64,000 nucleotides of DNA. Origin: Coriobacteriia bacterium. Lineage in GTDB: Bacteria; Actinomycetota; Coriobacteriia; Anaerosomatales; PALSA-660. The position numbers and the translations under genes were made by a program. Numbering within the stretch: position 1 is the first letter of the stretch; each line of letters begins with the position of its first letter. The stretch is taken from the NCBI GenBank assembly GCA_025361335.1, contig JANYAK010000037.1:2320-66319 (forward strand), read 5' to 3'. A model generated the notes under the pieces. The model saw nothing but the letters and a program-made list of their open reading frames with translations, did not search any database and was not told the origin of the DNA. Shown piece after piece: positions 21,584 through 29,215 of the stretch.

Positions 21584-21683
21584 TTCCACGCCTACCGGGC
21601 CGTCCGCGCACGCGATCAGGGCGGGACGGCCCGGTCCCACGCGGCCCCGCGGTGCGCTACGCTTGTGCGAGATCGGGGGCGAC

Positions 21684-21974
21684 ATGAGGATCTGGTTCTG
21701 GGCATGGGTCGTGGTCGCGGTCGCTATCGCGGTCGTGTCGGCGCTCGCCCGCGACCGGTACAGCGCCCCCTGGGCAGCCGGAGCCGCGTGCGCCGCCGCC
21801 CTCGAGGCGGTCCGGTCGGATCCCCTCTGGCAGTGGGTGGCGTTCCTCGTCGTGTCCATGATCGTGTTCGTGGCGCTTAACCGGGTGCGCGATCGGGATC
21901 CACGCCGCGGCGGTGCGGGCGAGCCCCTTACGGATGAGGGCCGTCGCCCGCATGAGGGCAACGATCCGGCTTAG
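21684..21974 (+). CDS. small membrane protein, two predicted TM helices (function unknown)
   Basis: MRIWFWAWVVVAVAIAVVSAL...WQWVAFLVVSMIVFVAL. High GC3 in this frame. Its TAG overlaps the converging stop of the next gene tail-to-tail. It forms the end of a longer shadow ORF in the track. Confidence 0.5.
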   Translation: MRIWFWAWVVVAVAIAVVSALARDRYSAPWAAGAACAAALEAVRSDPLWQWVAFLVVSMIVFVALNRVRDRDPRRGGAGEPLTDEGRRPHEGNDPA

Positions 21975-22645
21975 ACCGTGACCAGCACCTCGCCGTCACG
22001 GACCGTCACCGGGTATGTCCTCACGTCCGCGTCGGGGTGATCCGTCGTCCCGTCCCTCACGTCGTAGCGCCACCCGTGCCACGGACACATCACCGCGTGG
22101 CCGTCGAGCCACCCCTCCGACAAGGGGGCGAACGCATGGCGGCACACATCGGACAGCGCGAAGAACTCGCCGTCCACGCGGAAGACGGCCAGGGCCGTCT
22201 TCCCAACCTTGACGCGTCTCGCCTCCCCATCGCGCATGTCGTCGACCCGCGCGACCGGGACCTCGATGGGACCCTCCGGCTCCGCGATGACGCCCATGAG
22301 CGCCGCTCCGTCTTCGACGTCGGCACGGATGAACAGCCCGCACCAGCACTTACGCATCCCGGCGAACTCGTCACGGAAGAAGGGGATGCACGGGCAGATG
22401 ATCTTGACGTCCTCCTTGGGATCGCCCGTGCGCATCCGGCAGGGGCAATAGACGTCGCCCGTCGTCGCCAAGACCTCGAGCTCTCCTTCGAGGACCATCG
22501 CGACGAACTCCCCGTCCGTGTTGAACTTGTAGCCCAGCCGCTCCACGAACGGCCCCATGTACGCCTTGAGATCCTCGGCTGTCGTCCCCTCGGGAAAGCG
22601 GCGGCGCGGCGGTGCGCCCGGGGCGCCTGTCTCCGGTGCGCTCAC
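21971..22645 (-). CDS. fusion protein: ferredoxin:thioredoxin reductase catalytic-subunit-like domain + Rieske [2Fe-2S] domain
   Basis: The N-terminal half has YCPCRMRTGDPKEDVKIICPCIPFFRDEFAGMRKCWCGLF (a CPC/CPC/CxC pattern as in FTR-B). The C-terminal half has CRHAF...CPWHGWRY (CxH...CxxH Rieske ligands). The GTG start overlaps the upstream stop (GTGA). Confidence 0.8.
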   Translation of the reverse strand: MSAPETGAPGAPPRRRFPEGTTAEDLKAYMGPFVERLGYKFNTDGEFVAMVLEGELEVLATTGDVYCPCRMRTGDPKEDVKIICPCIPFFRDEFAGMRKCWCGLFIRADVEDGAALMGVIAEPEGPIEVPVARVDDMRDGEARRVKVGKTALAVFRVDGEFFALSDVCRHAFAPLSEGWLDGHAVMCPWHGWRYDVRDGTTDHPDADVRTYPVTVRDGEVLVTV

Positions 22646-22887
22646 AGGCCCAGCAGCTCCTTGATCCGCACCTTGTTGTAGCCGACGACCACCTCGTCGC
22701 CCACCACGATCACGGGGAACGACGTGCCTCCCGAGAGGCTCTTGACCTCCGCGATCGCGGTCTGCTTGTCGTCATCCTCCAACTTGTCCACTTCGACGAC
22801 GTCGTAGGCGACCCCGTTCTCGTCGAGGAACTGCCGGCTCATCCGACAGTAGGGGCACGTGGACAGCGCGAACACCTTGACCCGCAT
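22642..22887 (-). CDS. glutaredoxin-like / thioredoxin-fold protein (CPYC)
   Basis: 81 aa: MRVKVFALSTCPYCRMSRQFLDENGVAYDVVEVD...FPVIVVGDEVVVGYN. AAGGGAG RBS. The track ORF of 181 aa is over-extended. Confidence 0.85.
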   Translation of the reverse strand: MRVKVFALSTCPYCRMSRQFLDENGVAYDVVEVDKLEDDDKQTAIAEVKSLSGGTSFPVIVVGDEVVVGYNKVRIKELLGL

Positions 22888-23083
22888 GAGGACTCCCTTC
22901 GAGAGAGAGGATCCGCGCGGACTCCGACCTCCCGCGCCCATGGGATATTCCCCAACGCGTGCGCTATCGGCGTGGGCCCCCGCCGGCGCACGAGCCGCTG
23001 CCGGGCAACCTCCAGACCGTCCGCTTCTTGCAATAGAGACGCGAGATGGTATGAATGGAGATGGCCGACGACAGGGGGCATCC

Positions 23084-24061
23084 ATGACGGGCTGGCAAGA
23101 AACGGTCTCGGTCGGCGAACGTCGCGCCGCCGCCGTTCTGGCCCGGCTGATCAACGCGCGAGGCGTGGTGGACACCGCCGCTTTCATCGAGGGGGCGCGG
23201 GACTATTCGCCCGACCCATCCGTGGCGGCCACCGAGCTGGACGACGACATCGAACGCCTGCGCTCCTTCGGCTTGGACATCACCCGGGATGGACCGGGTA
23301 GCACTACGGCCGCCATCGGGCCCTCGGGCTGGCAGCATCGCCCGGTGACCCTCGACGACGAGGACCTCGCCCTTCTCACCCGCGCGATGGATCTGGCCTC
23401 TCCAGTCGACGGGCCGACGGCGGAGGCGTTCTCCGCGCTGACGAGCCCGCTCGAATGCACCGAGGCGGACACGACCATCTCGCTGAGCCCGCGCGGCTCG
23501 GCCGCGCGGGGACGCCCCGAGGCCTACAGCAGACTCCACAGGCTCGCGGGACTGCTCGAACGTCGGGTCACGGCGGGCTTCGGCTATCCGGACTCCTCGG
23601 GACATGATGTGCCGAGACAGCTGCAGGTCGCCGCGCTCGGCGAGTCCAGGGGCGTCTGGTACGCCGTAGGGTTCGAGCCCGGATCCAAGTCGGTGCGGGC
23701 GTTCGCCGTCTCCCGGATGCGGGGGCCCGTGGCAGAGGTCGGGACCGACGCATACGACATTCCCGCCGACTTCGACGCCGCGGAGTACCTCGCGCTGTCC
23801 TGGAGGCTGGGGCCCGACCCCTTTCCCGCGACCGTACGATTCCACTCCGACCTCGCCGTGTTCATACGCACGATGCTCGTGCACATCCCGCTCGACATGC
23901 TCGAGGACGGATCGCTCGAAGCCACGGTCACTGTCGGGGACGTCGACGATCTGGTCGGTTGGGTGACCTCCTTCGGGACGCATGCGCGCATCGTCGAGCC
24001 TGACGCCCTCGCTCGCGTCGCCAAGGACACGCTCGAGGCGCTGGCGGAGCGCCATGCCTGA
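23084..24061 (+). CDS. HTH-WYL-WCX transcriptional regulator, PafB-like
   Basis: N-terminal wHTH-like segment (ERRAAAVLARLINARG...DDDIERLRSFGLDI), WYL core GVWYAVGFEPGSKSVRAFAVSRM, and a C-terminal extension domain. ATG 23084 follows AGGGGG. Confidence 0.75.
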   Translation: MTGWQETVSVGERRAAAVLARLINARGVVDTAAFIEGARDYSPDPSVAATELDDDIERLRSFGLDITRDGPGSTTAAIGPSGWQHRPVTLDDEDLALLTRAMDLASPVDGPTAEAFSALTSPLECTEADTTISLSPRGSAARGRPEAYSRLHRLAGLLERRVTAGFGYPDSSGHDVPRQLQVAALGESRGVWYAVGFEPGSKSVRAFAVSRMRGPVAEVGTDAYDIPADFDAAEYLALSWRLGPDPFPATVRFHSDLAVFIRTMLVHIPLDMLEDGSLEATVTVGDVDDLVGWVTSFGTHARIVEPDALARVAKDTLEALAERHA

Positions 24062-24794
24062 GCGACACCACACCCACCATCGCGCCATACCGCGCCTCAC
24101 GGGTCCCCAGGCGAGCCTGCTGCTGCGGGTGGTGCACGCGGTGCGGTCCCAGCTCGACGGCGACGCGGCGCGGACCCGCCACCTGACACGAGCGCTGGCA
24201 TCGGCGGCCGGCGTCCCCGCGCAGGCAGCGCCGTGGCGGACCGGCATGCCGCTGCCGGACGCCGACGTCATGCAGGCGGTGCAGACCGGCATCGCCGAGC
24301 ATCGAACGCTTCTGATCAGCCACCTCCAGCAGGATGGAGAGGTGCGCCGTCTGCGCTTGGATCCATACAGGGTCCGGCTCGAGTCGGGGTTCTGGTACGT
24401 CATCGGCCGCCTTTCGGACGGCGGCGTCGAGCGGGTCCTGCGCCTGGACCGGGTGCTTTCGGCCGAGCCCGACGAATCGTTCGATCCCAAGCCGATAGAC
24501 ATCGACCGCTATCTTGGCGGTGTGTTCGTGCCGGAGGACCCGGGCACGGTCGCCTGGGTGCGGTTCGGCCGCCGCAGCGCTGCGTACGCTCAGGAGCGCT
24601 GGGGGATGGGTCACACCCTGCCCGACGGCGGCGCGGAGATCCGGATCCCCTATCTGCGCGAGCACTTCCTGATCCGGACACTGGCGGAGTTCGGCGCGGA
24701 CTTCGAGGTCCTCGAACCGCCGGAACTCCGCGTGGGAGTGCGCGACAGGGCGCTCGCGACGCTCGAGCAGTGGCGCAAGGAAGAGGGCGCGTGA
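24054..24794 (+). CDS. WYL-domain regulator, PafC-like (short or degenerate N-terminal HTH)
   Basis: WYL core LDPYRVRLESGFWYVIGRLSDGGVERVLRLDRV plus a WCX-like C-terminus. ATG 24054 overlaps the upstream gene by 8 nt. Confidence 0.72.
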   Translation: MPERHHTHHRAIPRLTGPQASLLLRVVHAVRSQLDGDAARTRHLTRALASAAGVPAQAAPWRTGMPLPDADVMQAVQTGIAEHRTLLISHLQQDGEVRRLRLDPYRVRLESGFWYVIGRLSDGGVERVLRLDRVLSAEPDESFDPKPIDIDRYLGGVFVPEDPGTVAWVRFGRRSAAYAQERWGMGHTLPDGGAEIRIPYLREHFLIRTLAEFGADFEVLEPPELRVGVRDRALATLEQWRKEEGA

Positions 24795-26509
24795 GGCCGC
24801 CCGCCCGCCGGACCCGCCAGCCCGCCCACCCCCCTTCCATGCGTACCCAGCGGAGTTCCCAGCGCCGCCGACGCGGCTGGAACTCCGCTGCGCTGGCGGG
24901 GATCGCGCTGGCGCTCGCCGTGTCTCTCGTGGCCATCGCCGCGGTCGCTCTGACTCGGCAGCGCGGGCCGGCCCGTCCCCTCGCCGTGCATGTCCCGACG
25001 GCGACGGTCGCGCCCTTGGACGTGACGTCTCTCCGTTCGCGGTTCCTCGCCTACTCCGCCGAACGGGCCGCCGCGGCCGACTCGGACGGCATCAAGGTCG
25101 GCACCTTCCTCGGGGGACCGACGAGACGCTTCTACGGCATGGGCCCGGTCCCCGAACAGCTCGACGTCCTCTGGAAGTTCCGCCTGGGCACGGGTCAGAC
25201 CTCGGGCACCGCCTCGTCGAAAGGCGCGGTGAACTGGTCCGGCAGCGGCTGGACCGGCCAGACCACCATCGTGCGCGATAAGGGGCGCCTCTACGTCGTC
25301 GCCAGCAGCTACGATCACCACCTGCGCCGCATCGACGCGGAGACGGGCAAAGTGATCTGGTCGTACGAGTTCCCCGACGTCATCAAGGGGACGAACTCGG
25401 TCATCGTCAATCCGGCGCCGACGGGCGATGACGACCGTCTGCTCGTCATCTGCGGTTCGCGCCGGGGCTTCGGCGTGGCGATGGGATCAGCCGCCGTCGC
25501 ACCGGTGAGGTGCCTGACCTTCGGCAGCGGCAAGGAGGTGTGGCGGCTTCCCTCGCCCCGCACCAAGGCGTACAGCCAGGACGCCGACGCGAGCGGCCTG
25601 CTGATCGACGGTTCCTACTACCAGGCGATCGAGGCGGGCTACATCTACCGCCTGGATCCCACACGGACCGAGGCATGGGGCGCGTTCCGCCGACCGAAAG
25701 CCGTGGCGGAAACGCTGCTGTTCGAGCCCTCGGACTCGGCGAAGCACGGGGGCAACCTGCTTCCCGAGGGTTCGCCCACGCTCGTTGGGAACCGGCTCTT
25801 CATCTGCTCGGGAGCCGGACACCTCTATGGCCTCAGCCTGCCGGACCTCAAGAAGGTGTGGGACTTCAAGACCGGCTCCGACCTCGACAGCACCCCGGCG
25901 TTGACGAAGAACGGCAAGCTGCTGATCGGCATAGAGAAGCAGTACATCGCCGGGCATGGCGGCGCGATGATGCTCGACCCCTCGAAGCCGCCCGCCGAGG
26001 CGGCCGTGTGGTTCTTCCCGACGGGAGACCGGACGTTCGCCGACTGGGCCGGCGGCATCATCGGTTCGGTCTCGATCAACGACGAGTACGACCCGGACGG
26101 CTCTCGCCCCCCGCTGGCGGCCTTCTCCGGGATCGACGGGAACATGTACCTCGTCTCGCAAGACCAGCTCGCGGACGGAACGGTGCCTGGATTCGATGGG
26201 AAGACCCGCTACCCGACCCCGATCCTGGTCGCGAAGGCGTACATCGGTGGGGCGATCTCCACGCCGATCATCGTGGACGACCATGTCGTCGCGTGCGGGT
26301 ACGACGCGAAGGTCCACGTGTTCAAGATCACCTACGACGCCCCGGATGGCGTCCGCCTCAAGGCGCGCGACGGACATGAGGTCCGCGTGGGGCTCAAGGA
26401 GGTCGCGACGTTCAAGGCAGGCGCGATCGAATCGACGCCGGTCGTGTGGCGTGGACGGATCTACATCGGTTCGAGGGATGGATTCCTCTACTGTCTGGGT
26501 CGGAAGTAA
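24791..26509 (+). CDS. membrane-anchored PQQ-like/BamB-like beta-propeller repeat protein
   Basis: N-terminal Arg-rich tail plus a TM helix (WNSAALAGIALALAVSLVAIAAVAL). Repeated propeller-like blades follow (GKVIWSY, KEVWRLP, KKVWDF, GRIYIGSRDGFLYCL). Start is GTG 24791 (GTGA overlap) or ATG 24839. Confidence 0.75.
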   Translation: MRPPARRTRQPAHPPSMRTQRSSQRRRRGWNSAALAGIALALAVSLVAIAAVALTRQRGPARPLAVHVPTATVAPLDVTSLRSRFLAYSAERAAAADSDGIKVGTFLGGPTRRFYGMGPVPEQLDVLWKFRLGTGQTSGTASSKGAVNWSGSGWTGQTTIVRDKGRLYVVASSYDHHLRRIDAETGKVIWSYEFPDVIKGTNSVIVNPAPTGDDDRLLVICGSRRGFGVAMGSAAVAPVRCLTFGSGKEVWRLPSPRTKAYSQDADASGLLIDGSYYQAIEAGYIYRLDPTRTEAWGAFRRPKAVAETLLFEPSDSAKHGGNLLPEGSPTLVGNRLFICSGAGHLYGLSLPDLKKVWDFKTGSDLDSTPALTKNGKLLIGIEKQYIAGHGGAMMLDPSKPPAEAAVWFFPTGDRTFADWAGGIIGSVSINDEYDPDGSRPPLAAFSGIDGNMYLVSQDQLADGTVPGFDGKTRYPTPILVAKAYIGGAISTPIIVDDHVVACGYDAKVHVFKITYDAPDGVRLKARDGHEVRVGLKEVATFKAGAIESTPVVWRGRIYIGSRDGFLYCLGRK

Positions 26510-26532
26510 GCGTGGGGTAGAGTATGGAAGGA

Positions 26533-26563
26533 CGCCTGACCGGGGCGGTCCCCGGGTCAGGCG
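26533..26563 (+). terminator. hairpin after the beta-propeller gene
   Basis: cgcctgaccgggg-cggt-ccccgggtcaggcg, 13 bp with one bulged G, lying between stop 26509 and the RBS of the Fe-S gene. Confidence 0.45.
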
Positions 26564-26584
26564 AAGCGCGACGAAGGAGGGTCC

Positions 26585-27427
26585 GTGTGCCAGTTCTGCG
26601 TCCAGCACGGTGACGGGAAGGCGTGGTACCTGCAGGCTTCCACGTACGCCTGCGATCTGGACGCCGACCTCAAGCGCCGCGAGTACCTCGTGCACTTCAT
26701 CAAGGACTTCGGCGAAGGCCGCGCGTGGGCGCTCACCAACCTGGAACGTCTGGAGAAGCTGCCTGCCCCCGTCCAGAGACTCGGCAAGTCCGTGGCCTCG
26801 AGCAGGATGCGAGAGTGGCATTACGGACAGCCGGTGCCGATCGAGGAGTGCGAGTCCATACTCGACATCTGCACGAGCGTCGTTCGCATTCCCTGTCCCT
26901 GCCGATATCAGGCGGGGACGGCGGACGAGGGCTACTGCCTCGCCATCACCACCAAGCCGGTGGACGCGGTACTGGACGCCGGGTTCGCCGACTACGACCT
27001 GGGGCCCGACACGGCGAAGTTCGAGCGCTTGGACAAGCAGCAGACCATGGACCTGCTGCGCCGCTGCGAGCAGCAGGGGCTCATGCACTCGGTGTGGACG
27101 TTCGTGACCCCGTTCGTCGCGGCGATCTGCAACTGCAGACTCGAGGCGGGCTGCATGGCCATGCGCCTGACCATCGAGCACGAGACGCCCATCATGTTCA
27201 AGGGTCATAAGATGGCGGCGTCCGACCTCGCACGCTGCGTCGGCTGCGCGGAGTGCGTGGAGCGCTGCCCGTTTCAGGCGATCACGATCGGACCGGGACA
27301 CAAGCGGGCGCTCGTGAACGAGGACAAGTGCTACGGGTGCGGTGTCTGCCGATCCTCGTGCGAATACGATGCGTTGCGGCTCGTTCCCAGGAGTGCGATC
27401 GTGGCCGCTGAGGCCGCCCTGACCTGA
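26585..27427 (+). CDS. Cys-rich iron-sulfur protein with C-terminal 2x[4Fe-4S] ferredoxin motifs
   Basis: CVGCAECVERCP and CYGCGVCRSSCE dicluster motifs. The N-terminal ~200 aa has additional conserved-looking Cys (residues 2 and 5, CPCRYQ, CNCRLEAGC). GAAGGAGGG RBS with a GTG start. Confidence 0.8.
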   Translation: MCQFCVQHGDGKAWYLQASTYACDLDADLKRREYLVHFIKDFGEGRAWALTNLERLEKLPAPVQRLGKSVASSRMREWHYGQPVPIEECESILDICTSVVRIPCPCRYQAGTADEGYCLAITTKPVDAVLDAGFADYDLGPDTAKFERLDKQQTMDLLRRCEQQGLMHSVWTFVTPFVAAICNCRLEAGCMAMRLTIEHETPIMFKGHKMAASDLARCVGCAECVERCPFQAITIGPGHKRALVNEDKCYGCGVCRSSCEYDALRLVPRSAIVAAEAALT

Positions 27428-27439
27428 CGGAGGCATCTC

Positions 27440-28129
27440 TTGAAACGATCTGTTCGGCTCACCATCCTCGCCGCCGCTCTTGTCGGCATCACCGTCGTCT
27501 CGACCGGCTGCTCTCGGCCGTCCCGGGCGAAAGCGCCGGCCGCCCCCTCAACGGCTGCGGCCAACGTGCTGAAGGGCTTCTTCGCGGCACGGACCAAGAG
27601 CGGGGCGTACGAAGCGTCGACGACATCGTCGGACGGCTCCACCCTCAGCGAGAAGGCGGTCTTCTGGGTCAGCGGACGCTTGTTCCGCATCGACTACTAC
27701 CGCGACGGCCAGCTGCGGATCAGCATCCGGTCGGCCGACGGCGTCACCGCGTACTTCTGCCATCCCGCCAGCAAGCTCGCGGAGCCCTCCGTGGCGACTC
27801 CCGACGTCTACCTCCGCAAGTTCACCAAGCCGTCACAGGCCGGTGAGTCTCTCGGGACTGACGCCAAGACCGGCGCCGAGAAGATCCGCTACGCGATCAA
27901 GGAGACGTCGAACGTGGCGGGCTCTTCGAACCCGTGGTATGTCGAGGACCTCGTCTACGCGATCAAGGACGGGCGCCTGCTCTCGGTGGTCGAGCGCGGC
28001 GGCGTCCCGCATGCTGGCGAGACCACGAAGCTCGACACGTCGGCCTCGACGTTCACGGAGCTGAAGACGGGCGAGAAGATCCCCGCTTCCACCTTCGCCA
28101 TCCCCTACCCGATCTCCAAGAAGCCCTAG
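27440..28129 (+). CDS. lipoprotein, possibly LolA/LprG-like fold (function unknown)
   Basis: Signal peptide plus lipobox VVSTGC. TTG start 12 nt after the Fe-S gene stop. The fold assignment is a guess from composition only. Confidence 0.6.
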   Translation: MKRSVRLTILAAALVGITVVSTGCSRPSRAKAPAAPSTAAANVLKGFFAARTKSGAYEASTTSSDGSTLSEKAVFWVSGRLFRIDYYRDGQLRISIRSADGVTAYFCHPASKLAEPSVATPDVYLRKFTKPSQAGESLGTDAKTGAEKIRYAIKETSNVAGSSNPWYVEDLVYAIKDGRLLSVVERGGVPHAGETTKLDTSASTFTELKTGEKIPASTFAIPYPISKKP

Positions 28130-28142
28130 AGGCGTTCCGGCT

Positions 28143-29018
28143 TCACCGCTCCGTCGCCTTCGGCTGTGCCTTGTCGGTCGAGTAGACCAGCCCGACTGAG
28201 CCCGGTCCCACGTGAACACCGATGACCGGTCCCAGGGGCACGATGAGCGGACGGCGGCCGATGACCGCTTCGACCCTGCCCGCCAGGTCGGCGGCGGCCT
28301 CCTCGTCGTGGATATGATGGACGACGACGTCGTCGAGTCCCCGCTCCTTCACGTCCCGCATGAACATCTCGGCTATCTCGGCGATGGCGCGCGCCCGGGT
28401 CCGGACCTTCTTCACCGGCGCCGTCTGGCCTCCATCCACGGTAAGGATGGGCCGTATCTCGAGAAGGGAGCCGAGCAACGCCGAGGCGGTGCCGATGCGT
28501 CCGCCCATCTTCAGATAGTCCAGGGTCTGAGGCACGAAGAGCCATCGAGTGTGCTCCACCATCCGGCGGGCAGCCTCAGCCGCCTCTTCGACGGTGCGTC
28601 CTTCGGCTGCGACCCTCGCGGCGGCCACCGCGGCGAACCCCAACTCCATGGAGTTCGAGCGGGAGTCCACGAGCTCGATCCGCGCGTCCGGGTGGCGCTC
28701 CAGCACTTGGTCGCGCGCCATCTGGGCGGTAGCGAAGGTTCCGCTCATGTCAGACGATATGAAGACGCCGACCACATCGTCGCCCGCCTCCACCCCGCTC
28801 TCCAGTGCGCCGAGGATCTCGGCCACCGTGGGCTGGGAGGTGGTCGGGAACTCCCCCGTCTCCTGCATGCGCCGGTAGAAGGACTCGGCATCGATGTCGA
28901 CTTCGCGCTCGGTGACGCCTCCGAGCGTCGCCGACAGCGATACGACCTCGATGGGCAGCCCCGCGCTCATCTCGGGAGGAATGTAGCTCGTGCTGTCCGT
29001 GACGACGCGGACCGGCAT
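28143..29018 (-). CDS. DegV family fatty-acid-binding protein
   Basis: MPVRVVTDSTSYIPPE...TSQPT...DSRSNSMELG...PQTLDYLKMGGRIG, typical DegV motifs. ATG verified at 29016-29018. Confidence 0.9.
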   Translation of the reverse strand: MPVRVVTDSTSYIPPEMSAGLPIEVVSLSATLGGVTEREVDIDAESFYRRMQETGEFPTTSQPTVAEILGALESGVEAGDDVVGVFISSDMSGTFATAQMARDQVLERHPDARIELVDSRSNSMELGFAAVAAARVAAEGRTVEEAAEAARRMVEHTRWLFVPQTLDYLKMGGRIGTASALLGSLLEIRPILTVDGGQTAPVKKVRTRARAIAEIAEMFMRDVKERGLDDVVVHHIHDEEAAADLAGRVEAVIGRRPLIVPLGPVIGVHVGPGSVGLVYSTDKAQPKATER

Positions 29019-29215
29019 GGTGAGGACCGCCCATGATGGGGGATGACCGTCGGAGAGGAAGCGACACCGCCCATCGTAGCGCAACAACTTGGATCGACCC
29101 TGGTGAAGACGTCGGCCGAAGCGCGTGTGGACTGTCCTACACAATCTTCTCGCGCTCTTGAACACGGGGATATACGATAGTCGGGTCTATGTATGCGAAA
29201 CCGAGGAGATGTCAC

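Noticed and set aside
25487-27436. 649-aa minus-strand ORF opposite the beta-propeller and Fe-S genes
   Set aside because: The plus-strand products have a TM anchor, propeller blades and canonical CxxCxxCxxxCP motifs. The minus translation is Arg/Gly/Val-rich without any motif.
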